Positions 10,185-19,410 of a stretch of 64,000 bases of DNA are shown here, one piece after another. This DNA is from a virus. Taxonomy: Duplodnaviria > Heunggongvirae > Uroviricota > Caudoviricetes. Location of the stretch: positions 187,694-251,693 of the IMG/VR virus record IMGVR_UViG_3300044673_000278; one strand, given 5' to 3'. Every line of letters begins with the position of its first letter. The stretch's first letter is position 1. The notes under the pieces were generated by a model. The model saw only the letters and a list, made by a program, of their open reading frames with translations, searched no databases and was not told the origin of the DNA. A program made the position numbers and the translations under genes.

Positions 10185-11563
10185 TGAACAAAGGCGACCA
10201 GAGCAAGTTCATGAGTTCAGCTGAACAAATGAAGCAGGATCTGGGTCCTGCTCTTTGTCTTGCCAAGTGGAAACAGGTTAGCTTTCACTTGCCTACTGGA
10301 CTCAACAACAGTTGTTACCATCCTCCACTGCATCAAATATCAGTGGAAGATCTAAAGCGCACTGGCGGCCTGCACAACACCGACCACAAGAAACAGCAAC
10401 GTAAATTGATGTTGAGTGGCCAACGCCCTAGTGAATGCCAATACTGCTGGAACATGGAAGACCTTGGGCAACTGTCTGATCGACACTACAGGTCAGGCGA
10501 ACCCTGGGCTGCTGTGGACTTTGAAAAAATTCGTAATTCAACCGGAGACGAAGATGATGTCATTCCCAGCTATGTTGAGGTTAATTTTAATAACGCTTGT
10601 AACCTTAAGTGCAGTTATTGTAGTCCCCAGTTTAGCTCTAGCTGGGGAGACGAAGCTAATCGTTATGGCGCTTATCCTACTTCCGTACCACACAATTCTC
10701 CAGAACATTTTACTGGGGCTAGACGTGTTATACCCGCTAGGGAAAGCAATCCCTACGTTGAAGCGTTTTGGCAGTGGTGGCCTACACTGTACCCGCAGCT
10801 TAGACATTTCCGAATGACCGGTGGCGAGCCACTGATGGACCGGAACACTTACAGAGTGTTTGACTATGTGTTGGCTCTTCCCAAACCTGATTTGCATTTA
10901 AATGTAACATCGAACTTTTCTGTGGAACCTGCACTGTTTGAAAAGTATTTGGACTATGTAAAACGACTGTGCAACACTCAAATTGAGCACTTCATGCAAT
11001 ACGTAAGTCTAGACTCTGGTCGTGGATTTCAAGCTGAATACATACGCCACGGTATGGATTCACAGCGTGTGGTCGGCAACGTCAATCGCTATTTGCACGA
11101 AGTTCCATATCGCAACAGCCTAACGTTTATTATCACAATGAACAACTTGAGTGTAACAGGGTTCCGCGAATACATGGAATGGATCTTGCATCTACGTAAG
11201 AGCTACTCTAAGACGTATCAACGTGTATGGTTTGACACACCTGTGCTGCGACAACCAGCCTGGCAGAGTCTGCAGATCTTGCCCGAAAGTTATGCAGCAA
11301 AATTAGAACAGTGCGCAGATTGGATGGCCACACAGGTCACTGCGGACGGGCTGCACGGCTTCCGCGATTACGAAGTACAACGTCTGCGTAGAGACATTGC
11401 ATGGATGCGTGAAGGACAAAAACAAAACAACGATACGGCCAAAGCAGACTTCTATCGTTTCTTTTCTGAACACGACCGTCGTCGAGGCACAGACTTCTTG
11501 CGTACTTTTCCTGAAATGAAAGCCTGGTGGGCAGAATGTGAGTATCATGCTAGGGCAGCATAA
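10184..11563 (+). CDS. Radical SAM enzyme, paralog 1, with an N-terminal Cys-rich twitch/SPASM-like domain
   Basis: CNLKCSYCSP is a CxxxCxxC motif and GGEPL is the SAM-binding glycine motif. The N-terminus reads C..W....TG...SCYHPP...CQYCW. Start set to the ATG at 10184 (TAATG overlap, GAAGGA SD). The ORF-track start at 9983 is an out-of-context 5' extension. Confidence 0.7.
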   Translation: MNKGDQSKFMSSAEQMKQDLGPALCLAKWKQVSFHLPTGLNNSCYHPPLHQISVEDLKRTGGLHNTDHKKQQRKLMLSGQRPSECQYCWNMEDLGQLSDRHYRSGEPWAAVDFEKIRNSTGDEDDVIPSYVEVNFNNACNLKCSYCSPQFSSSWGDEANRYGAYPTSVPHNSPEHFTGARRVIPARESNPYVEAFWQWWPTLYPQLRHFRMTGGEPLMDRNTYRVFDYVLALPKPDLHLNVTSNFSVEPALFEKYLDYVKRLCNTQIEHFMQYVSLDSGRGFQAEYIRHGMDSQRVVGNVNRYLHEVPYRNSLTFIITMNNLSVTGFREYMEWILHLRKSYSKTYQRVWFDTPVLRQPAWQSLQILPESYAAKLEQCADWMATQVTADGLHGFRDYEVQRLRRDIAWMREGQKQNNDTAKADFYRFFSEHDRRRGTDFLRTFPEMKAWWAECEYHARAA

Positions 11564-12659
11564 AATTGTTTGTGACGAATGGGCAGAAGTTTGGGATCTA
11601 CTCAAGCCCTATGCCGATGAAAGCTTCTGGCGCTGGACAGACGTTGACTTTGATCCTACAAAGATCTATATTGTAGGACGTGTGGTTCTCAAAGACAATT
11701 GGCAAGCTATTACAGACTTAGCTACTAAACACCCAGGGCGTATTGTGTTTTCAAATCCTGCCGAAGGCAGTGAAACCATACTGTTGCAGCTAAAACGTCT
11801 ACGTATCACAGAGCATGTGCGTGATGGACGCATAGGACTATTAACTTCAGGCGACTTAGAGCCTGGCTGGCACTATTGCAAAACAGACTGCTATTTTTCC
11901 AACATTGTGGAATATGATGAAAACCGGGCAGCACAAATACAGGCTGCTATGGATTACCGGCATCATCGTCCCTATCAATTTTTGTTCTTGAACGGCCGTC
12001 TACGGCCACACCGCAAATATCTAATAGATACTTTGAGAGACCTTGGACTGTTAGATCACGCACTATGGACCAATTTAGGTAGTCGTGTGGAAATGGGATT
12101 TACCTCATCGTTGACTACATTTCCAGTGGAGCCCATACGATTGTTGCCACCTGAGTATGAAATTGAACGTGCTGTACCTAACTTAACCACTGTAGAACAA
12201 CAGGGATTTGTCAAACATCAATTGTTTAACAATACCTGGGGCGATGCCATTGTAAATCCACGTTGTTACACGGACTCGTGGTTCAGTCTGGTAACAGAAA
12301 CTATTTTTGATTATCCTCATACATTCCGCACAGAAAAAATTTGGAAGCCCATACTGATGGCGCACCCTTTTGTAGTTGCTGCCAATCAGGGATACCTGCG
12401 AGACTTGCAAAACGCAGGATTTAAAACGTTTGGTCATTTAATAGATGAAAGTTACGATCAAATTGATCGCGCCGAAGTGCGAATAAGTCGTATAATAGAC
12501 ACAATGACCTGGCTGTGCAAAGATTCCAATGCTGCTGAATTCTGGGAAGCCAGCCGTGATATTTGTAAATACAATCAACAACATCTTGTGGAATACAATC
12601 GTCAACAGCGAGCTGAATTGCCACAACAACTCTTGACATATCTCAATGAACGATCTTGA
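11538..12659 (+). CDS. GT-B-like protein, paralog 1 (C-terminal Rossmann-like motif)
   Basis: C-terminal motif KPILMAHPFVVAANQGYLRDLQNAGFKTFGHLIDESYD is shared with ORFs 16857-17849, 24357-25547 and 25531-26661. Confidence 0.5.
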   Translation: MSIMLGQHKIVCDEWAEVWDLLKPYADESFWRWTDVDFDPTKIYIVGRVVLKDNWQAITDLATKHPGRIVFSNPAEGSETILLQLKRLRITEHVRDGRIGLLTSGDLEPGWHYCKTDCYFSNIVEYDENRAAQIQAAMDYRHHRPYQFLFLNGRLRPHRKYLIDTLRDLGLLDHALWTNLGSRVEMGFTSSLTTFPVEPIRLLPPEYEIERAVPNLTTVEQQGFVKHQLFNNTWGDAIVNPRCYTDSWFSLVTETIFDYPHTFRTEKIWKPILMAHPFVVAANQGYLRDLQNAGFKTFGHLIDESYDQIDRAEVRISRIIDTMTWLCKDSNAAEFWEASRDICKYNQQHLVEYNRQQRAELPQQLLTYLNERS

Positions 12660-13971
12660 ATTTCGCCGGGAAGTCCTGGACAAGTTAAGCGATAGTTTCT
12701 GTGCTGCAAAGTGGTATAATGCTACCATTTGGCTTGGTAGCGGCATGAGCACCAGCTGCCACCACCCGCCAGCTCACTTGGTGGACAAAGATAAAGTCCG
12801 GGCCAACCCTAGGCTGCTGCACAATACTCCGCAGAAAAAAGACGACCGACGCAAAATGTTGGCTGGCGAGCGCCCTGCAGGTTGCGAATACTGTTGGAAA
12901 ATCGAAGACATGGGACGCAATGCTATTTCGGACCGTGTGTACAAATCACGAATCTATCCCATAGAGGCCTTGCATGAAGCTAGAGCTACACCCGCAGATC
13001 AAGACGTCAACCTCCGTACTTTGGAAATTGCTTTCGATCGTACTTGTCAGTTTGCTTGCAGCTATTGCAACCCAGCTTTCAGTACGACATGGGTTAATGA
13101 TATTCGGCGTAACGGACCCTATAATGGTTTGGTTAGTGACGGCCGCAATCACTTCACTCACACTCATGACAGTAGTCAGCTCTATAAAATTACTGAGAGC
13201 AACCCATACATTGATGCTTTTTTCTCTTGGTGGGAGTCGGACCTACACCATACACTTCAGGAACTCAGAATCACAGGTGGAGAGCCCCTCATGTCCGGCC
13301 ACACCTGGCGACTCATTGATTGGTTCCGGGATAATCGCGGCCGTAGCCAGACTCGCTTGGCAATCAACTCAAATCTTGGTCCGCAGGTAGATATATATCG
13401 ACTGCTGGACTCTACTGAAGGCATGGATGTAGAAATCTACACTAGTCAGGAAGCAGTGGGCAAACAGGCAGAGTATATTAGAGATGGCTTGGATTACCCA
13501 CTTTGGCGTCAAAACGTCATGGCTTTGCTAGACGCGGGTCGCACTGTGCATGTTATGTGTACTATAAATGCACTGTGCTTGACTACACTGCCGCGCTTGT
13601 TGAATGAACTGGTAGAATGGAAACGCACATACGGGCGTGACCGTGTTAATTTCACTTTGAATATCCTACGCTTCCCGTCATTTCAATCGCCTTTGGTTTT
13701 ACCTGATCATTTACGTGAACAATTCAAAGGTGATTTGACACAATGGTTGGTCGATCACCGTGGCTATAGTTACATGCAAGAACACGAAATTAATCACACG
13801 CAACGATTAATAGATTATTTGGATGTTGTTAAAACTCCGCATTCAGATGCATTTGAAATGCCCAAGCTGCACAACGACTTTCGCGAGTTTTATCGACAGT
13901 ACGATCAACGCCGCGGACGAGATTTTGCTGAGTATTTCCCCGAATTAAAAGAATGGTATCAATCATTATGA
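12646..13971 (+). CDS. Radical SAM enzyme, paralog 2
   Basis: CQFACSYCNP (CxxxCxxC) and GGEPL motifs. N-terminal CAAKWYNATIWLGSGMSTSCHHPP...CEYCW. Confidence 0.7.
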   Translation: MNDLEFRREVLDKLSDSFCAAKWYNATIWLGSGMSTSCHHPPAHLVDKDKVRANPRLLHNTPQKKDDRRKMLAGERPAGCEYCWKIEDMGRNAISDRVYKSRIYPIEALHEARATPADQDVNLRTLEIAFDRTCQFACSYCNPAFSTTWVNDIRRNGPYNGLVSDGRNHFTHTHDSSQLYKITESNPYIDAFFSWWESDLHHTLQELRITGGEPLMSGHTWRLIDWFRDNRGRSQTRLAINSNLGPQVDIYRLLDSTEGMDVEIYTSQEAVGKQAEYIRDGLDYPLWRQNVMALLDAGRTVHVMCTINALCLTTLPRLLNELVEWKRTYGRDRVNFTLNILRFPSFQSPLVLPDHLREQFKGDLTQWLVDHRGYSYMQEHEINHTQRLIDYLDVVKTPHSDAFEMPKLHNDFREFYRQYDQRRGRDFAEYFPELKEWYQSL

Positions 13972-15650
13972 CTGTAGAACACACATTACAACATCTGCGC
14001 CAACAATATAATGTTGTAGCCGAAATTGATTTGAATTTTTGGAACGACAGTTATGAACAAAGTGTGGAAACTCTGATTCAAAAACTGCAACAAGCACATG
14101 CCCCTGCCTACACCGACAATCAACGCATTGTGTTTATACATCAACACGACTACTATGTTGGCCGCAGCACGGTTGGATTGATCTTAAAAAACATTCAAAT
14201 TCAATTGAACGAAGTTGATATCAGCAATTATTTTGCCATAGTGGTCAGCACTGCTGAAGATATCAGTGAGCAAATAAAGTCTCTTAAAGAAATCAGCACA
14301 GATTCTGTACCTGTGGGATTTGAATCAGCAGCAGGTGCTTTTGTTCGACATCAATTGGATCGCCATCCCTACAGCAGAAAAGAAGAATATCAATATGGAT
14401 CCAGCAATCCTATAAAAATTGACGTGAATGAATTGACTGACCGTGAACGTTTTTTGCTGACAGAAAGCCGGACATTTTGCATTTATCCTTGGATACACAT
14501 ACACGCTTATCCCACAGGCGAAGCCTATCCTTGCTGTCACGCTGAAATGAAGCCCGGTGTAGTGGGCAATTGTCGCACACAGACCTTGGAGGAAATATGG
14601 CAAGGGGAACCCATGCAGCGTCTGCGCGACGACATGCTAAACGAACGTGAACATCCTGCATGCACACGTTGTTACGAACAGGAAGCATCGGGGTTCTTTA
14701 GTGGTCGTAGATCTGCCAACAAGCATCACGGGCATCACATAAAGAAATTAGAAGAGAATCCGTTTGAATTAACGTATTGGGATATTCGATTCTCCAACCT
14801 TTGTAATCTACGTTGCCGCAGTTGCGGTCACATCTTCAGTAGCCAGTGGTATCAAGATCAAGCAAAACTAGCAGGACCAGAATGGAAACTCAATAATTCA
14901 GTGTTGAACTATGCTGGACGCACAGAAACGGACATGTGGCAACAGCTGGAACCACATCTTGATTATGTAGAACAAATTTACTTTGCCGGCGGCGAACCAC
15001 TGCTCATGGAAGAGCACTACAATATTCTAGAAGAATTAGTACGCCGTGGGCGCACAGATGTGCGATTGATCTACAACACCAATTTTACACACACCGACCT
15101 AAAAGGACGCAGTGTATTTGAATATTGGAAACAATTCAAGAGTGTGGCAGTGGGCGCTAGCCTAGACGACATGGGCAGTCGTGGGGAATACATTAGAAAA
15201 GGCACTGCATGGGGACAGGTTGAAAAGAATCGCGAAGACATGCTGCGAATTTGTCCCGAGGTAGACTTTTACATTAGCCCTACGCTGAGCATAATGAACG
15301 CACGTCATTTGCCCAAGTTTCATCGTGTGTGGGTCGAAAAGGGCCTAATTCGTGCGCAGGACTTGAATGTAAACATCCTACAAGATCCTGCACATTATAG
15401 AATTGACATTGCTACCCCAGAATACAAAGCAGAACTAACTGGCCTGTATCAACAACACGTAGCATGGTTGAAATCTGTAGGAGATCCGTTGGGCCGAGCC
15501 ACGCAGGGATTTGAATCCGCGATCACATTTATGAACGCCACAGACAACAGCCATTTGATTCCCAAGTTCTGGGAAAAAACCAATCAATTGGATGCTATTA
15601 GAAATGAAAGCTGCTTGGATATTATTCCCGAGCTAGGAGCCTTGAAATGA
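13968..15650 (+). CDS. Radical SAM enzyme, paralog 3 (longer N-terminal extension)
   Basis: CNLRCRSCGH and GGEPL motifs. N-terminal CIYPWIHIHAYPTGEAYPCCHAE...CTRCYEQE. Start set to the ATG at 13968 overlapping the upstream TGA (ATGA); the first in-frame ATG at 13953 is an alternative. Confidence 0.65.
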   Translation: MTVEHTLQHLRQQYNVVAEIDLNFWNDSYEQSVETLIQKLQQAHAPAYTDNQRIVFIHQHDYYVGRSTVGLILKNIQIQLNEVDISNYFAIVVSTAEDISEQIKSLKEISTDSVPVGFESAAGAFVRHQLDRHPYSRKEEYQYGSSNPIKIDVNELTDRERFLLTESRTFCIYPWIHIHAYPTGEAYPCCHAEMKPGVVGNCRTQTLEEIWQGEPMQRLRDDMLNEREHPACTRCYEQEASGFFSGRRSANKHHGHHIKKLEENPFELTYWDIRFSNLCNLRCRSCGHIFSSQWYQDQAKLAGPEWKLNNSVLNYAGRTETDMWQQLEPHLDYVEQIYFAGGEPLLMEEHYNILEELVRRGRTDVRLIYNTNFTHTDLKGRSVFEYWKQFKSVAVGASLDDMGSRGEYIRKGTAWGQVEKNREDMLRICPEVDFYISPTLSIMNARHLPKFHRVWVEKGLIRAQDLNVNILQDPAHYRIDIATPEYKAELTGLYQQHVAWLKSVGDPLGRATQGFESAITFMNATDNSHLIPKFWEKTNQLDAIRNESCLDIIPELGALK

Positions 15651-16864
15651 ACCTACCGCACGATAAATTTTGCGTATTACCGTGGATCAGCTTGGAAGCG
15701 TCGCCTATTGGCACAGTGCGCCCATGCTGCTTGGCCGATGACGAGATTTTAGATAATCAAGGCAACAAGTTTAGTCTACTCACTGCTGACTTCTCAGACA
15801 TACAAAACAGCGATAATATGCGCAGTCTAAGACAGCAATTTCTTGCCGGAGAGAAACCACAGACTTGTAGAAAATGCTGGAACGAAGAACGTGCAGGTCG
15901 TACATCAAAGCGTATGCATACCTTGGACAGACTCAAGCATGTGATTGGCAACACTGAGTGGACTGAGGATGCCAAACCCCTGATGTTCTTGGACTTGAAG
16001 CTGGGCAACATCTGCAACCTAAAATGCCGTATCTGCGGATCGTGGAGCTCTAGTCAGTTTGCCACAGAAGAAATCAATGACGCTCCACCAGAAGAAAAGA
16101 AGCATACATATGCTTATCAAATGTTACGTGCTGGTGCCTGGCCCAGAGAAAATCAACAGTTCTGGCAACAAATTGATCAACACTTAAATGATATTCGTTA
16201 CATTGAATTCACTGGTGGCGAGCCTTTTATGATCCGGGAACATTTCGCTATGTTGCAAGGCATTGTGGATCGTGGCATTGCTCATCAAGTTGAAATTCAT
16301 TACAACACCAATGGTACCATTTTCCCCGAAGAAGCCGAACACATTTGGAAGCATTTTAAAACAGTGGAAGTCGCATTCAGTATCGATGATGTAGGTGAAC
16401 GTTTTGAATATCAGCGAAGCAATGCTGTGTGGACAGAAGTGTGTGCTAACTTGGATCGTTTCCGTGATCTCAAAGAGATTTATCCCAATATTGTGCTGCA
16501 AGTATGCACCACAGTGAATGTGTTTAATGTTCGCTATTTGGATCAAGTAGCACATTGGATATACCGCAATCGAGAAAGCTTTAATTTTGTGTATTGGAAC
16601 ATGATGCACGATGCTTGGTATTTCTCCATTGCTACCTTGCCAGACACGGCAAAGCAAGCCATTGCTGACCACTTGCAAACAGCAGACATTCCTGCTGTGT
16701 ATCGAGAAGAAATCAATCGCATCATTGATTTTATGAATCGCGGTGCATCAACGGACGGATTTATGACACGCATGAAAATTCGTGACTTGGATCGCAAGCG
16801 CCAGCAAAACTTGGCCACTGTGGCTCCGGAATTTGCTGCACTGATTGAATACAGTTATGAGTAA
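15647..16864 (+). CDS. Radical SAM enzyme, paralog 4
   Basis: CNLKCRICGS and GGEPF motifs. N-terminal CVLPWISLEASPIGTVRPCC...CRKCWNEE. ATGA overlap with the upstream gene. Confidence 0.7.
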   Translation: MNLPHDKFCVLPWISLEASPIGTVRPCCLADDEILDNQGNKFSLLTADFSDIQNSDNMRSLRQQFLAGEKPQTCRKCWNEERAGRTSKRMHTLDRLKHVIGNTEWTEDAKPLMFLDLKLGNICNLKCRICGSWSSSQFATEEINDAPPEEKKHTYAYQMLRAGAWPRENQQFWQQIDQHLNDIRYIEFTGGEPFMIREHFAMLQGIVDRGIAHQVEIHYNTNGTIFPEEAEHIWKHFKTVEVAFSIDDVGERFEYQRSNAVWTEVCANLDRFRDLKEIYPNIVLQVCTTVNVFNVRYLDQVAHWIYRNRESFNFVYWNMMHDAWYFSIATLPDTAKQAIADHLQTADIPAVYREEINRIIDFMNRGASTDGFMTRMKIRDLDRKRQQNLATVAPEFAALIEYSYE

Positions 16865-17849
16865 AATCCGTTTCATTTACCAGCAAGGCAATTATCCCTG
16901 TTTTATAAACGGGGATATTCAGCGCATTGTTGAATCCTGGTACGACATTGAAGTGTATGATCCTGCCAAAACATACAATCCTCAGGACACTGTGATTCTA
17001 ATAACTCATGTAGAAGAAGTAGAAACAAGAAATAGCACTGGATGGTTTACCCCTTTTGAACAAGCTGGATTTAGAGTGGTAGTAGATCATTTGTGGGATA
17101 GCGATGTTGACACACCCAGCATGATCAAAAATGGTCGTTTAATTCTACGCAACGGTAATTGGGTTTGGTATAGAGAATGTATCAGATTCATTGAGCAAGG
17201 CTATCATACATATGAACCGCAAAGGAATTACAGTCATGCGTTCTTTATGCCCATGCACAAAACACGCTGGCACAGAGATCAAGCACAGGAACGACTGGCG
17301 CCTGTTTTGCAACACGCTTTATGGAGCTATGTTGAAAAAGGCATTCTTGTAGAAGGAGATGTAGATCATTCTACTCCTAGCAATATCTTTTGGGAATTCT
17401 ATGTCAATCCTGAGTGGTACAACAGTACATTTTTCAGTGTGGTATCTGAAAGTTACATGAGATCTGACCGGTGGGTTCAAAGTCCTTTTGTACCTAACTA
17501 TAGAACAGAAGTCAGTGAAAAGTTATTCAAGCCCTGTATGTTTTATCACCCCATGGTAGTGTATGGTTCATTGGGCACACTGGAATATCTGCACCGCGAA
17601 GGTTTTGAAACTTTTAGCAATCTCTGGGACGAAAGTTATGACACTGTGCCCACAGACCAGCAGCGCCACGATGTAGTGACCAAATTGATTCTGGACAATG
17701 TTGATAGATTTTTGCGAGGAGATCTTGGTATAGATTCGCTGACTCAACAAAAGCTCGAACACAATCACGCTAGAATATTTGACCACAACCTAGTGCTGCA
17801 AAGATTTGAACGTGAGATCATTGGTGACCTGCAAAGGTTCTTGGGATGA
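16857..17849 (+). CDS. GT-B-like protein, paralog 2
   Basis: C-terminal FKPCMFYHPMVVYGSLGTLEYLHREGFETFSNLWDESYD motif. First ATG at 16857 overlaps the upstream stop; the ORF-track start at 16845 is a TTG. Confidence 0.5.
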   Translation: MSKIRFIYQQGNYPCFINGDIQRIVESWYDIEVYDPAKTYNPQDTVILITHVEEVETRNSTGWFTPFEQAGFRVVVDHLWDSDVDTPSMIKNGRLILRNGNWVWYRECIRFIEQGYHTYEPQRNYSHAFFMPMHKTRWHRDQAQERLAPVLQHALWSYVEKGILVEGDVDHSTPSNIFWEFYVNPEWYNSTFFSVVSESYMRSDRWVQSPFVPNYRTEVSEKLFKPCMFYHPMVVYGSLGTLEYLHREGFETFSNLWDESYDTVPTDQQRHDVVTKLILDNVDRFLRGDLGIDSLTQQKLEHNHARIFDHNLVLQRFEREIIGDLQRFLG

Positions 17850-18448
17850 AACGAGTCTACGTCTGCGGTGATAGCTTTTGTGTGCCTGATCCTGACTACG
17901 GACCGTGCTGGGTTGATTATTTGGCGCAGCATAGATCTGTACATAATCTGGCACAGGTAGCAGCCACCAATTTAATGATTAGCATGCAAGTGGATCGTGC
18001 CATTGCAGAATCAGCTGATTTTGTTATAGTGCAAGGCACAGCATGCACTCGCAGTCAAACACGATATCAGGGCAAAATTGTACCCTACAGTTACCACACA
18101 GCCAGCGAAACAACCACTCCGTTTGACCGCACCAAACTCAGTGTACTCAAGCACTATTATGTTGAATTTTTTGATTTAGACTTGGCTATCTATGAGAATA
18201 AATGTATAATTGAAAATACCCTGCAGAAATTAGTCGACAGAGGTATTGATTTTTTGTTCGATCAAGGTGGATTCGAACATGCTAGCTTTGGCGGCGCCAC
18301 TGAGTATTTTACACAATACAGTCAATATCGCAGTGCAGTAAATCTGTGGGACCATGCACATACACGAGATTATAGGCCTTACTATCACATTGTAGATGAT
18401 GCTGTGCATCGCTCAGTGGCTGAATATTATACAAGGAAAACACAATGA
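17846..18448 (+). CDS. SGNH/GDSL-family hydrolase-like protein
   Basis: N-terminal VYVCGDSFCVP is a GDSx block I with the nucleophile Ser. 200 aa. Confidence 0.45.
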   Translation: MKRVYVCGDSFCVPDPDYGPCWVDYLAQHRSVHNLAQVAATNLMISMQVDRAIAESADFVIVQGTACTRSQTRYQGKIVPYSYHTASETTTPFDRTKLSVLKHYYVEFFDLDLAIYENKCIIENTLQKLVDRGIDFLFDQGGFEHASFGGATEYFTQYSQYRSAVNLWDHAHTRDYRPYYHIVDDAVHRSVAEYYTRKTQ

Positions 18449-19410
18449 AAAAAATTCTAGTGTGTGGCGCCGGGGGATTTATTGGTACCCATTTGGTTCG
18501 CAGTTTGCGAGCACAAGGCCATTATGTCATAGGTGCAGATCTGCACAGGCCTGAATTTAGTGCCACTGACGCCAACGAATTTCACATTGTGGATCTTCGC
18601 AACCAGCGACAAGTAACACGGCTAATCACAGCAGACATAGACGAAATATATCAGTTGGCAGCAGACATGGGCGGCGCAGGCTATATTTTCACAGGCAACA
18701 ATGATGCTGAAATCATGCACAATTCGGCTATCATTAATTTGAACATCCTACACGAAATGGTGTTTAAGAAAATCGAGAAGATCTTTTACAGTTCCAGTGC
18801 CTGCATTTATCCTGCATACAATCAAGAAGATCCTGACAATCCTGTAATGAGTGAGGAATCGGCCTACCCAGCAGCGCCCGATTCAGAATATGGATGGGAA
18901 AAGTTATTCAGTGAACGGTTGTATGCTACATTTGCTCGCAATCACGGCATAGATGTACGCATTGCAAGATTGCACAATGTATTTGGCCCAGAGTCGGCTT
19001 GGACTGGCGGCAGAGAAAAAGCACCTGCTGCACTGTGTCGCAAGGTAGCGCAGTGCGACAATCAAGGTATTATTGACGTTTGGGGCCCAGGCACACAAAC
19101 TCGTAGTTTCTTATATATAGATGAATGTATAGAAGGTATTCATAGACTTATGGCCAGTGATCATACACAGCCTATCAATATTGGTAGCAAAAGAATGATC
19201 AGCATAAATCAATTGGTGTTTTTAATTGCCGACCTGGCCAACAAGTCAGTGTCTATACGTAACATAGATGGGCCACGTGGCGTAATGGGACGCACCAGCG
19301 ATAATACTTTGATACAACAAGTCCTGGGGTGGGAACCACCGGACAACTTAGAACACGGATTAACGCAACTATACAATTGGATCAGTGAACAAATTTATGC
19401 AAAAGCCTGA
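18445..19410 (+). CDS. GDP-mannose 3,5-epimerase-like NAD-dependent epimerase (extended SDR)
   Basis: GAGGFIGTHL Rossmann motif, YSSSACIYP and a YGWEK catalytic YxxxK. The strings WTGGREKAPAALCRKV and TRSFLYIDECIEG are near-identical to plant GDP-mannose 3,5-epimerase. Confidence 0.75.
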   Translation: MKKILVCGAGGFIGTHLVRSLRAQGHYVIGADLHRPEFSATDANEFHIVDLRNQRQVTRLITADIDEIYQLAADMGGAGYIFTGNNDAEIMHNSAIINLNILHEMVFKKIEKIFYSSSACIYPAYNQEDPDNPVMSEESAYPAAPDSEYGWEKLFSERLYATFARNHGIDVRIARLHNVFGPESAWTGGREKAPAALCRKVAQCDNQGIIDVWGPGTQTRSFLYIDECIEGIHRLMASDHTQPINIGSKRMISINQLVFLIADLANKSVSIRNIDGPRGVMGRTSDNTLIQQVLGWEPPDNLEHGLTQLYNWISEQIYAKA

